From the NCBI GenBank assembly GCA_964016885.1, contig OZ024741.1:247814001-247878000 (forward strand): a stretch of DNA of 64,000 nucleotides, written 5' to 3'. The notes beneath the pieces were generated by a model, which did no database searches, was not told the origin of the DNA, and saw only the letters and a list, made by a program, of their open reading frames with translations. The position numbers and the translations under genes were made by a program. This document shows, one piece after another, positions 1 through 11,919 of this stretch. The DNA is from Eledone cirrhosa. Lineage: Eukaryota. Numbering within the stretch: the first letter of the stretch is position 1; each line of letters opens with the position of its first letter.

Positions 1-1275
1 CCTTGGCTGGCTGGAAATTATCTCCCCTTGGAGGCTGGAACTTATGTCCCCTTGGACGGCTAGAAATTACCTCTCCTTGGACGGCTGGATGATATGTCTC
101 CTTGGACGGCTGGATATTATCTCCCCTTGGACGGCTGGAAATTATCTCCCCTTGGACGGCTGGAAATTATCTCCCATTGGATGGCTAGATATTACCTCCC
201 CTTGGACGGCTGGAAATTATCTCCCCTTGATTTTTTTTACAAATTATCTCCCCCTGATTTTTTTTACAAATTATCTCCCCCTGATTTTTTTTTACAAATT
301 ATCTCCGCCTGATTTTTTTTTAAATATTATCTTCCCTTGGCTGGCTGGAAATTATCTCCCCTTGGACGGCTAGAAATTACCTCTCCTTGGACGGCTGGAA
401 ATTATCTCCCCTTGGACGGCTGGAAATTATCTCCCCTTGGACGGATAGATATTACCTCCCCTTGGACGGCTGGAAATTATCTCCCCTTGATTTTTTTACA
501 AATTATCTCCCCCTGATTTATTTTACAAATCTCCCAATGATTTTTAAAAAAAAATTATCTCCCCTTCGCTGGCTGGAAATTATCTCCCCTTGGACGCTGG
601 AAATTATCTCCCCTTGGACGGCTGAAAATTATCTCCCCTTGGACGGCTGGAAATTATCTCCCCTTGATTTTTTTTACAAATTATCTCCCCCTGATTTTTT
701 TTTACAAATTATCTCCGCCTGATTTTTTTTACAAATTATCTCCCCCTGATTTTTTTTTACAAATTATCTCCCCCTGATTTTTTTACAAATTATCTCCCCC
801 TGATTTTTTTTACAAATTATCTCCGCCTGATTTTTTAAAATATTATCTTCCCTTGGCTGGCGGGAAATTATCTCCCCTTGGACGGCTGGAAATTATCTGC
901 CCTTGATTTTCTTTTTACAAATTATCTTCCACTGATTTTTTTTACAAATTATCTCCACCTGATTTTTTAAAAAATTATCTCCCCTTGGACGGCTGGAAAT
1001 TATCTCCCCTTGGAAGGCTGGAAATTATCTCTCCTTGGACGGCTAGAATTTACCTCTCCTTGGACGGCTGAAAATTATCTCCCCTTGGACGGCTGGAAAT
1101 TATCTCCCCTTGATTTTTTTTACAAATTATCTCCCCCTGATTTTTTTTTACAAATTATCTCCCCCTGATTTTTTTTTACAAATTATCACCCCCTGATTTT
1201 TTTTTACAAATTATCTCCCCCTGATTTTTTTTACAAATTATCTCCCCCTGATTTTTTTACAAATTATCTCCCCTT

Positions 1276-1499
1276 GGCTGGCTGGAAATTATCTCCCCTT
1301 GGAGGCTGGAACTTATCTCCCCTTGGACGGCTAGAAATTACCTCTCCTTGGACGGCTGGAAAATATGTCTCCTTGGACGGCTGGATATTATCTCCCCTTG
1401 GACGGCTGGAAATTATCTCCCCTTGGACGGCTGGAAATTATCTCCCCTTGGATGGCTAGATATTACCTCCCCTTGGACGGCTGGAAATTATCTCCCCTT
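1276..1499 (+). repeat. Representative type-A block: landmark cassette of nine 24-25-bp monomers
   Basis: Ordered variants GGCTGGCTGG, GGAGGCTGGAAC (24 bp), GCTAGAAATTACCTCTCC, AAAATATGTCTCC, GGATATTATC, consensus x2, GGATGGCTAGATATTACC, consensus. The cassette or a truncated form recurs about 50 times (the MAGWKL.PLGGWNL ORFs mark it). Confidence 0.93.
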
Positions 1500-2996
1500 G
1501 ATTTTTTTACAAATTATCTCCCCCTGATTTTTTTTTACAAATTATCTCCCCCTGATTTTTTTTTACAAATTATCTCCCCCTGATTTTTGTTTACAAATTA
1601 TCTCCGCCTGATTTTTTTTTAAAATTATCTCCCCTTGGACGGCTGGAAATTATCTCCCCTTGGACGGCTAGAAATTACCTCTCCTTGGACGGCTGAAAAT
1701 TATCTCCCCTTGGACGGCTGGAAATTATCTCCCCTTGATTTTTTTACAAATTATCTCCCCCTGATTTTTTTTTTACAAATTATCTCCCCCTGATTTTTTT
1801 TTACAAATTATCTACCCCTGATTATTTTTAAAAATTATCTACCCCTGATTTTTTTTACAAATTATCTCCCCCTGATTTTTTTTACAAATTATCTCCCCCT
1901 GATTTTTTCTTTACAAATTATCTCCCCCTGATTTTTTTACAAATTATCTCCCCTTGATTTTTTTTACAACTTATCTGCGCCTGATTTTTTTTAAAAAATT
2001 ATCTCCCCTTGGACGGCTGGAAATTATCTCCCCTTGGACGGCTGGAAATTATCTCTCCTTGGACGGCTAGAATTTACCTCTCCTTGGACGGCTGAAAATT
2101 ATCTCCCCTTGGACGGCTGGGAATTATCTCCCCTTGATTTTTTTTACAAATTATCTCCCCCTGATTTTTTTTTACAAATTATCTCCCCCTGATTTTTTTT
2201 TACAAATTATCTCCCCCTGATTTTTTTTTACAAATTATCTCCCCCTGATTTTTTTACAAATTATCTCCCCTTGGCTGGCTGGAAATTATCTCCCCTTGGA
2301 GCCTGGAACTTATGTCCCCTTGGACGGCTAGAAATTACCTCTCCTTGGACGGCTGGAAAATATGTCTCCTTGGACGGCTGGATATTATCTCCCCTTGGAC
2401 GGCTGGAAATTATCTCCCCTTGGACGGCTGGAAATTATCTCCCCTTGGATGGCTAGATATTACCTCCCCTTGGACGGCTGGAAATTATCTCCCCTTGATT
2501 TTTTTTACAAATTATCTCCCCCTGATTTTTTTTACAAATTATCTCCCCCTGATTTTTTTTTACAAATTATCTCCCCCTGATTTTTGTTTACAAATTATCT
2601 CCGCCTATTTTTTTTAAAAAATTATCTCCCCTTGGACGGCTGGAAATTATCTCCCCTTGGACGGCTAGAAATTACCTCTCCTTGGACGGCTGAAAATTAT
2701 CTCCCCTTGGACGGCTGGAAATTATCTCCCCTTGATTTTTTTACAAATTATCTCCCCCTGATTTTTTTTTTACAAATTATCTCCCCCTGATTTTTTTTTT
2801 ACAAATTATCTCCCCCTGATTTTTTTACAAATTATCTCCCCCTAATTTTTTTTACAAATTATCTCCGCCTGATTTTTTTAAATATTATCTCTCCTTGGCT
2901 GGCGGGAAATTATCTCACCTTGGACGGCTGGAAATTATCTCCCCTTGGAAGAATGGAAATTATCTCCCCTTGGACGGCTGGAAATTATCTACCCCT

Positions 2997-3290
2997 GATT
3001 TTTTTTACAAATTATCTCCCCCTGATTTTTTTTACAAATTATCTCCCCCTGATTTTTTTTTACAAATTATCTACCCCTGATTTTTTTTACAAATTATCTC
3101 CCCCTGATTTTTTTTACAAATTATCTCCCCCTGATTTTTTTTTACAAATTATCTACCCCTGATTTTTTTTACAAATTATCTCCCCCTGATTTTTTTTTAC
3201 AAATTATCTCCCCCTGATTTTTTTACAAATTATCTCCCCCTGATTTTTTTTACAATCTCCGCCTGATTTTTTTAAAAATTATCTTCTCTT
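2997..3290 (+). repeat. Representative long type-B (poly-T) block
   Basis: About 11 consecutive GAT(7-9)ACAAATTATCTCCCCCT monomers with CTACCCC and CCGCC variants. Confidence 0.93.
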
Positions 3291-6200
3291 GGCTGGCTGG
3301 AAATTATCTCCCCTTGGACACTGGAAATTATAGCCACTTGGAGGGCTGGAAATTATCTTCCCTTGGACGGCTGGAAATTATCTCCCCTTGATTTTTTTTA
3401 CAAATTATCTCCGCCTGATTTTTTTTTACAAATTATCTCCCCCTGATTTTTTTTTACAAATTATCTACCCCTGATTTTTTTTTACAAATTATCTCCCCCT
3501 GATTTTTTTTACAAATTATCTCCCCCTGATTTCTCTTTTACAAATTATCTCCCCCTGATTTTTTTACAAATTATCTCCCCCTGATTTTTTTTACAAATTA
3601 TCTCCGCCTGATTTTTTTAAATATTATCTTCCCTTGGCTGGCGGGAAATTATCTCCCCTTGGACGGCTAGAATTTACCTCTCCTTGGACGGCTGAAAATT
3701 ATCTCCCCTTGGACGGCTGGAAATTATCTCCCCTTGATTTTTTTTACAAATTATCTCCCCCTGATTTTTTTTTACAAATTATCTCCCCCTGATTTTTTTT
3801 TACAAATTATCTCCCCCTGATTTTTTTTTACAAATTATCTACCCCTGATTTTTTTTTACAAATTATCTCCCCTTGGCTGGCTGGAAATTATCTCCCCTTG
3901 GAGGCTGGAACTTATCTCCCCTTGGACGGCTAAAAATTACCTCTCCTTGGACGGCTGGAAAATATGTCTCCTTGGACGGCTGGATATTATCTCCCCTTGG
4001 ACGGCTGGAAATTATCTCCCCTTGGACGGCTGAAAATTATCTCCCCTTGATTTTTTTTACAAATTATCTCCCCCTGATTTTTTTTTACAAATTATCTCCC
4101 CCTGATTTTTGTTTACAAATTATCTCCGCCTGATTTTTTAAAAAAATTATCTCCCCTTGGACGGCTGGAAATTATCTCCCCTTGGACGGATAGAAATTAC
4201 CTCTCCTTGGACGGCTGAAAATTATCTCCCCTTTGACGGCTGGAAATTATCTCCCCTTGATTTTTTTACAAATTATCTCCCCCTGATTTTTTTTTTACAA
4301 ATTATCTCCCCCTGATTTTTTTTTACAAATTATCTACCCCTGATTTTTTTTTACAAATTATCTCCCCCTGATTTTTTTTACAAATTATCTCCCCCTGATT
4401 TTTTTTTACAAATTATCTCCCCCTGATTTTTTTACAAATTATCTCCCCCTGATTTTTTTTACAAATTATCTCCGCCTGATTTTTTTAAATATTATCTCTC
4501 CTTGGCTGGCGGGAAATTATCTCCCCTTGGACGGCTGGAAATTATCTCCCCTTGGAAGGATGGAAATTATCTCCCCTTGGACGGCTGGAAATTATCTACC
4601 CCTGATTTTTTTTACAAATTATCTCCCCCTGATTTTTTTTACAAATTATCTCCCCCTGATTTTTTTTACAAATTATCTACCCCTGATTTTTTTTACAAAT
4701 TATCTCCCCCTGATTTTTTTTTTACAAATTATCTCACCCTGATTTTTTTACAAATTATCTCCCCCTGATTTTTTTTACAAATTATCTCCGCCTGATTTTT
4801 TTAAATATTATCTTCCCTTGGCTGGCGGGAAATTATCTCCCCTTGAAGGGCTGAAAATTATCTCCCCTTGGACGGCTGGAAATTATCTCCCCTTGATTTT
4901 TTTTACAAATTATCTCCCCCTGATTTTTTTTTACAAATTATCTCCCCCTGATTTTTTTTACAAATTATCTCCCCCTGATTTTTTTTTACAAATTATCTGC
5001 CGCTGATTTTTTTTACAAATTATCTCCCCCTGATTTTTTTACAAATTATCTCCCCTTGGCTGGCTGGAAATTACCTCCCCTTGGAGGCTGGAATTTATCT
5101 CCCCTTGGACGGCTAGAAATTACCTCTCCTTGGACGGCTGGAAAATATGTCTCCTTGGACGGCTGGATATTATCTCCCCTTGGACGGCTGGAAATTATCT
5201 CCCCTTGGACGGCTGGAAATTATCTCCCCTTGGACGGATAGATATTACCTCCCCTTGGACGGCTGGAAATTATCTCCCCTTGGACGGCTGGAAATAATCT
5301 CCCCATGGACGGCTGGAAATTATCTCCCCTTGGACGGCTAGAAATTATCTCTCCTTGGACGGCTGAAAATTATCTCCCCTTGGACGGCTGGAAATTATCT
5401 CCCGTTGGACGGCTGGAAATTATCTCGCCTTGGACGGCTAGAATTTACCTCTCCTTGGACGGCTGAAAATTATCTCCCCTTGGACGGCTGGAAATTATCT
5501 CCCCTTGATTTTTTTTACAAATTATCTCCCCCTGATTTTTTTTTACAAATTATCTCCCCCTGATTTTTTTTTACAAATTATCTCCCCCTGATTTTTTTTT
5601 ACAAATTATCTCCCCCTGATTTTTTTTACAAATTATCTCCCCCCTGATTTTTTAACAAATTATCTCCCCTTGGCTGGCTGGAAATTATCTCCCCTTGGAG
5701 GCTGGAACTTATCTCCCCTTGGACGGCTAGAAATTACCTCTCCTTGGACGGCTGGAAAATATGTCTCCTTGGACGGCTGGATATTATCTCCCCTTGGACG
5801 GCTGGAAATTATCTCCCCTTGGACGGCTGGAAATTATCTCCCCTTGGATGGCTAGATATTACCTCCCCTTGGACGGCTGGAAATTATCTCCCTTTGATTT
5901 TTTTTACAAATTATCTCCCCCTGATTTTTTTTTACAAATTATCTCCCCCTGATTTTTTTTTACAAATTATCTACCCCTGATTTTTTTTTACAAATTATCT
6001 CCCCCTGATTTTTTTTACAAATTATCTCCCCCTGATTTTTTTTTACAAATTATCTCCCCCTGATTTTTTTACAAATTATCTCCCCCTGATTTTTTTTACA
6101 AATTATCTCCGCCTGATTTTTTTAAATATTATCTCTCCTTGGCTGGCGGGAAATTATCTCCCCTTGGACGGCTGGAAATTATCTCCCCTTGGAAGGATGG

Positions 6201-9200
6201 AAATTATCTCCCCTTGGACGGCTGGAAATTATCTACCCCTGATTTTTTTTACAAATTATCTCCCCCTGATTTTTTTTACAAATTATCTCCCCCTGATTTT
6301 TTTTACAAATTATCTACCCCTGATTTTTTTTACAAATTATCTCCCCCTGATTTTTTTTACAAATTATCTCCCCCTGATTTTTTTTTTACAAATTATCTCA
6401 CCCTGATTTTTTTACAAATTATCTCCCCCTGATTTTTTTTACAAATTATCTCCGCCTGATTTTTTTAAATATTATCTTCCCTTGGCTGGCGAGAAATTAT
6501 CTCCCCTTGAAGGGCTGAAAATTATCTCCCCTTGGACGGCTGGAAATTATCTCCCCTTGATTTTTTTTACAAATTATCTCCCCCTGATTTTTTTTACAAA
6601 TTATCTCCCCCTGATTTTTTTTACAAATTATCTCCCCCTGATTTTTTTTTACAAATTATCTGCCGCTGATTTTTTTTACAAATTATCTCCCCCTGATTTT
6701 TTTACAAATTATCTCCCCTTGGCTGGCTGGAAATTACCTCCCCTTGGAGGCTGGAATTTATCTCCCCTTGGACGGCTAGAAATTACCTCTCCTTGGACGG
6801 CTGGAAAATATGTCTCCTTGGACGGCTGGATATTATCTCCCCTTGGACGGCTGGAAATTATCTCCCCTTGGACGGCTGGAAATTATCTCCCCTTGGACGG
6901 ATAGATATTACCTCCCCTTGGACGGCTGGAAATTATCTCCCCTTGGACGGCTGGAAATTATCTCCCCATGGACGGCTGGAAATTATCTCCCCTTGGACGG
7001 CTATAAATTATCTCTCCTTGGACGGCTGAAAATTATCTCCCCTTGGACGGCTGGAAATTATCTCCCGTTGGACGGCTGGAAATTATCTCGCCTTGGACGG
7101 CTAGAATTTACCTCTCCTTGGACGGCTGAAAATTATCTCCCCTTGGACGGCTGGAAATTATCTCCCCTTGATTTTTTTTACAAATTATCTCCCCCTGATT
7201 TTTTTTTACAAATTATCTCCCCCTGATTTTTTTTTAGAAATTATCTCCCCCTGATTTTTTTTTACAAATTATCTCCCCCTGATTTTTTTTACAAATTATC
7301 TCCCCCCTGATTTTTTAACAAATTATCTCCCCTTGGCTGGCTGGAAATTATCTCCCCTTGGAGGCTGGAACTTATCTCCCCTTGGACGGCTAGAAATTAA
7401 CTCTCCTTGGACGGCTGGAAAATATGTCTCCTTGGACGGCTGGATATTATCTCCCCTTGGACGGCTGGAAATTATCTCCCCTTGGACGGCTGGAAATTAT
7501 CTCCCCTTGGATGGCTAGATATTACCTCCCCTTGGACGGCTGGAAATTATCTCCCTTTGATTTTTTTTACAAATTATCTCCCCCTGATTTTTTTTTACAA
7601 ATTATCTCCCCCTGATTTTTTTTTACAAATTATCTCCCCCTGATTTTTGTTTACAAATTATCTCCGCCTGATTTTTTTTTAAAAATTATCTCCCCTTGGA
7701 CGGCTGGAAATTATCTCCCCTTGGACGGCTAGAAATTACCTCTCCTTGGACGGCTGAAAATTATCTCCCCTTGGACGGCTGGAAATTATCTCCCCTTGAT
7801 TTTTTTACAAATTATCTCCCCCTGATTTTTTTTTTACAAATTATCTCCCCCTGATTTTTTTTTACAAATTATCTACCCCTGATTTTTTTTTACAAATTAT
7901 CTCCCCCTGATTTTTTTTACAAATTATCTCCCCCTGATTTTTTTTTACAAATTATCTCCCCCTGATTTTTTTACATATTATCTCCCCCTGATTTTTTTTA
8001 CAAATTATCTCCGCCTGATTTTTTTAAATATTATCTCTCCTTGGCTGGCGGGAAATTATCTCCCCTTGGACGGCTGGAAATTATCTCCCCTTGGAAGGAT
8101 GGAAATTATCTCCCCTTGGACGGCTAGAAATTATCTCTCTTTGGACGGCTGGAAATTATCACCCCTTGAGTTTTTTACAAATTATCTCCCCCTGATTTTT
8201 TTTACAAATCTCCCAGTGATTTTTTAAAAAAAATTATCTCCCCTTCGCTGGCTGGAAATTATCTCCCCTTGGACGCTGGAAATTATAGCACCTTGGAGGG
8301 CTGGAAATTATCTTCCCTTGGACGGCTGGAAATTATCTCCCCTTGATTTTTTTTACAAATTATCTCCCCCTGATTTTTTTTTACAAATTATCTCCCCCTG
8401 ATTTTTTTTACAACTTATCTGCGCCTGATTTTTTTAAAAAAATTATCTCCCCTTGGACGGCTGGAAATTATCTCCCCTTGGACGGCTGGAAATTATCTCT
8501 CCTTGGACGGCTAGAATTTACCTCTCCTTGGACGGCTGAAAATTATCTCCCCTTGGACGGCTGGAAATTATCTCCCCTTGATTTTTTTTACAAATTATCT
8601 CCCCCTGATTTTTTTTTACAAATTATCTCCCCCTGATTTTTTTTACAAATTATCTCCCCCTGATTTTTTTTTACAAATTATCTCCCCCTGATTTTTTTTA
8701 CAAATTATCTCCCCCTGATTTTCTTACAAATTATCTCCCCTTGGCTGGCTGGAAATTATCTCCCCTTGGAGGCTGGAACTTATGTCCCCTTGGACGGCTA
8801 GAAATTACCTCTCCTTGGACGGCTGGATGATATGTCTCCTTGGACGGCTGGATATTATCTCCCCTTGGACGGCTGGAAATTATCTCCCCTTGGACGGCTG
8901 GAAATTATCTCCCATTGGATGGCTAGATATTACCTCCCCTTGGACGGCTGGAAATTATCTCCCCTTGATTTTTTTTACAAATTATCTCCCCCTGATTTTT
9001 TTTACAAATTATCTCCCCCTGATTTTTTTTTACAAATTATCTCCGCCTGATTTTTTTTTAAATATTATCTTCCCTTGGCTGGCTGGAAATTATCTCCCCT
9101 TGGACGGCTAGAAATTACCTCTCCTTGGACGGCTGGAAATTATCTCCCCTTGGACGGCTGGAAATTATCTCCCCTTGGACGGATAGATATTACCTCCCCT

Positions 9201-11919
9201 TGGACGGCTGGAAATTATCTCCCCTTGATTTTTTTACAAATTATCTCCCCCTGATTTATTTTACAAATCTCCCAATGATTTTTAAAAAAAAATTATCTCC
9301 CCTTCGCTGGCTGGAAATTATCTCCCCTTGGACGCTGGAAATTATCTCCCCTTGGACGGCTGAAAATTATCTCCCCTTGGACGGCTGGAAATTATCTCCC
9401 CTTGATTTTTTTTACAAATTATCTCCCCCTGATTTTTTTTTACAAATTATCTCCGCCTGATTTTTTTTACAAATTATCTCCCCCTGATTTTTTTTTACAA
9501 ATTATCTCCCCCTGATTTTTTTACAAATTATCTCCCCCTGATTTTTTTTACAAATTATCTCCGCCTGATTTTTTAAAATATTATCTTCCCTTGGCTGGCG
9601 GGAAATTATCTCCCCTTGGACGGCTGGAAATTATCTGCCCTTGATTTTCTTTTTACAAATTATCTTCCACTGATTTTTTTTACAAATTATCTCCACCTGA
9701 TTTTTTAAAAAATTATCTCCCCTTGGACGGCTGGAAATTATCTCCCCTTGGAAGGCTGGAAATTATCTCTCCTTGGACGGCTAGAATTTACCTCTCCTTG
9801 GACGGCTGAAAATTATCTCCCCTTGGACGGCTGGAAATTATCTCCCCTTGATTTTTTTTACAAATTATCTCCCCCTGATTTTTTTTTACAAATTATCTCC
9901 CCCTGATTTTTTTTTACAAATTATCACCCCCTGATTTTTTTTTACAAATTATCTCCCCCTGATTTTTTTTACAAATTATCTCCCCCTGATTTTTTTACAA
10001 ATTATCTCCCCTTGGCTGGCTGGAAATTATCTCCCCTTGGAGGCTGGAACTTATCTCCCCTTGGACGGCTAGAAATTACCTCTCCTTGGACGGCTGGAAA
10101 ATATGTCTCCTTGGACGGCTGGATATTATCTCCCCTTGGACGGCTGGAAATTATCTCCCCTTGGACGGCTGGAAATTATCTCCCCTTGGATGGCTAGATA
10201 TTACCTCCCCTTGGACGGCTGGAAATTATCTCCCCTTGATTTTTTTACAAATTATCTCCCCCTGATTTTTTTTTACAAATTATCTCCCCCTGATTTTTTT
10301 TTACAAATTATCTCCCCCTGATTTTTGTTTACAAATTATCTCCGCCTGATTTTTTTTTTAAATTATCTCCCCTTGGACGGCTGGAAATTATCTCCCCTTG
10401 GACGGCTAGAAATTACCTCTCCTTGGACGGCTGAAAATTATCTCCCCTTGGACGGCTGGAAATTATCTCCCCTTGATTTTTTTACAAATTATCTCCCCCT
10501 GATTTTTTTTTTACAAATTATCTCCCCCTGATTTTTTTTTACAAATTATCTACCCCTGATTTTTTTTTACAAATTATCTACCCCTGATTTTTTTTACAAA
10601 TTATCTCCCCCTGATTTTTTTTACAAATTATCTCCCCCTGATTTTTTTTTTACAAATTATCTCCCCCTGATTTTTTTACAAATTATCTCCCCTTGATTTT
10701 TTTTACAACTTATCTGCGCCTGATTTTTTTTAAAAAATTATCTCCCCTTGGACGGCTGGAAATTATCTCCCCTTGGACGGCTGGAAATTATCTCTCCTTG
10801 GACGGCTAGAATTTACCTCTCCTTGGACGGCTGAAAATTATCTCCCCTTGGACGGCTGGGAATTATCTCCCCTTGATTTTTTTACAAATTATCTCCCCCT
10901 GATTTTTTTTTACAAATTATCTCCCCCTGATTTTTTTTTACAAATTATCTCCCCCTGATTTTTTTTTACAAATTATCTCCCCCTGATTTTTTTACAAATT
11001 ATCTCCCCTTGGCTGGCTGGAAATTATCTCCCCTTGGAGCCTGGAACTTATGTCCCCTTGGACGGCTAGAAATTACCTCTCCTTGGACGGCTGGAAAATA
11101 TGTCTCCTTGGACGGCTGGATATTATCTCCCCTTGGAGGGCTGGAAATTATCTCCCCTTGGACGGCTGGAAATTATCTCCCCTTGGATGGCTAGATATTA
11201 CCTCCCCTTGGACGGCTGGAAATTATCTCCCCTTGATTTTTTTTACAAATTATCTCCCCCTGATTTTTTTTTACAAATTATCTCCCCCTGATTTTTTTTT
11301 ACAAATTATCTCCCCCTGATTTTTGTTTACAAATTATCTCCGCCTATTTTTTTTAAAAAATTATCTCCCTTGGACGGCTGGAAATTATCTCCCCTTGGAC
11401 GGCTAGAAATTACCTCTCCTTGGACGGCTGAAAATTATCTCCCCTTGGACGGCTGGAAATTATCTCCCCTTGATTTTTTTACAAATTATCTCCCCCTGAT
11501 TTTTTTTTTACAAATTATCTCCCCCTGATTTTTTTTTTTACAAATTATCTCCCCCTGATTTTTTTACAAATTATCTCCCCCTAATTTTTTTTACAAATTA
11601 TCTCCGCCTGATTTTTTTAAATATTATCTCTCCTTGGCTGGCGGGAAATTATCTCACCTTGGACGGCTGGAAATTATCTCCCCTTGGAAGAATGGAAATT
11701 ATCTCCCCTTGGACGGCTGGAAATTATCTACCCCTGATTTTTTTTACAAATTATCTCCCCCTGATTTTTTTTACAAATTATCTCCCCCTGATTTTTTTTT
11801 ACAAATTATCTACCCCTGATTTTTTTTACAAATTATCTCCCCCTGATTTTTTTTACAAATTATCTCCCCCTGATTTTTTTTTACAAATTATCTACCCCTG
11901 ATTTTTTTTACAAATTATC

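Larger units (their letters stand above)
1..8738 (+). repeat. Higher-order repeat unit, copy 1 (8,738 bp)
   Basis: Identical or near-identical ORFs recur at +8,738 (44/8782, 387/9125, 1274/10012, 2271/11009). The rare marker GGATGATATG is at ~86 and ~8824. Confidence 0.9.

Noticed and set aside
220-330. Poly-T tracts as intrinsic or Pol III terminators
   Set aside because: There is no preceding GC-rich hairpin and no upstream gene or promoter; the tracts are simply part of monomer B.
855-865. Chi-like GCTGGCGG at some B-to-A junctions
   Set aside because: It is a 7/8 match to E. coli Chi (GCTGGTGG), easily derived from the GGCTGG spacer, and there is no evidence of a bacterial RecBCD context.
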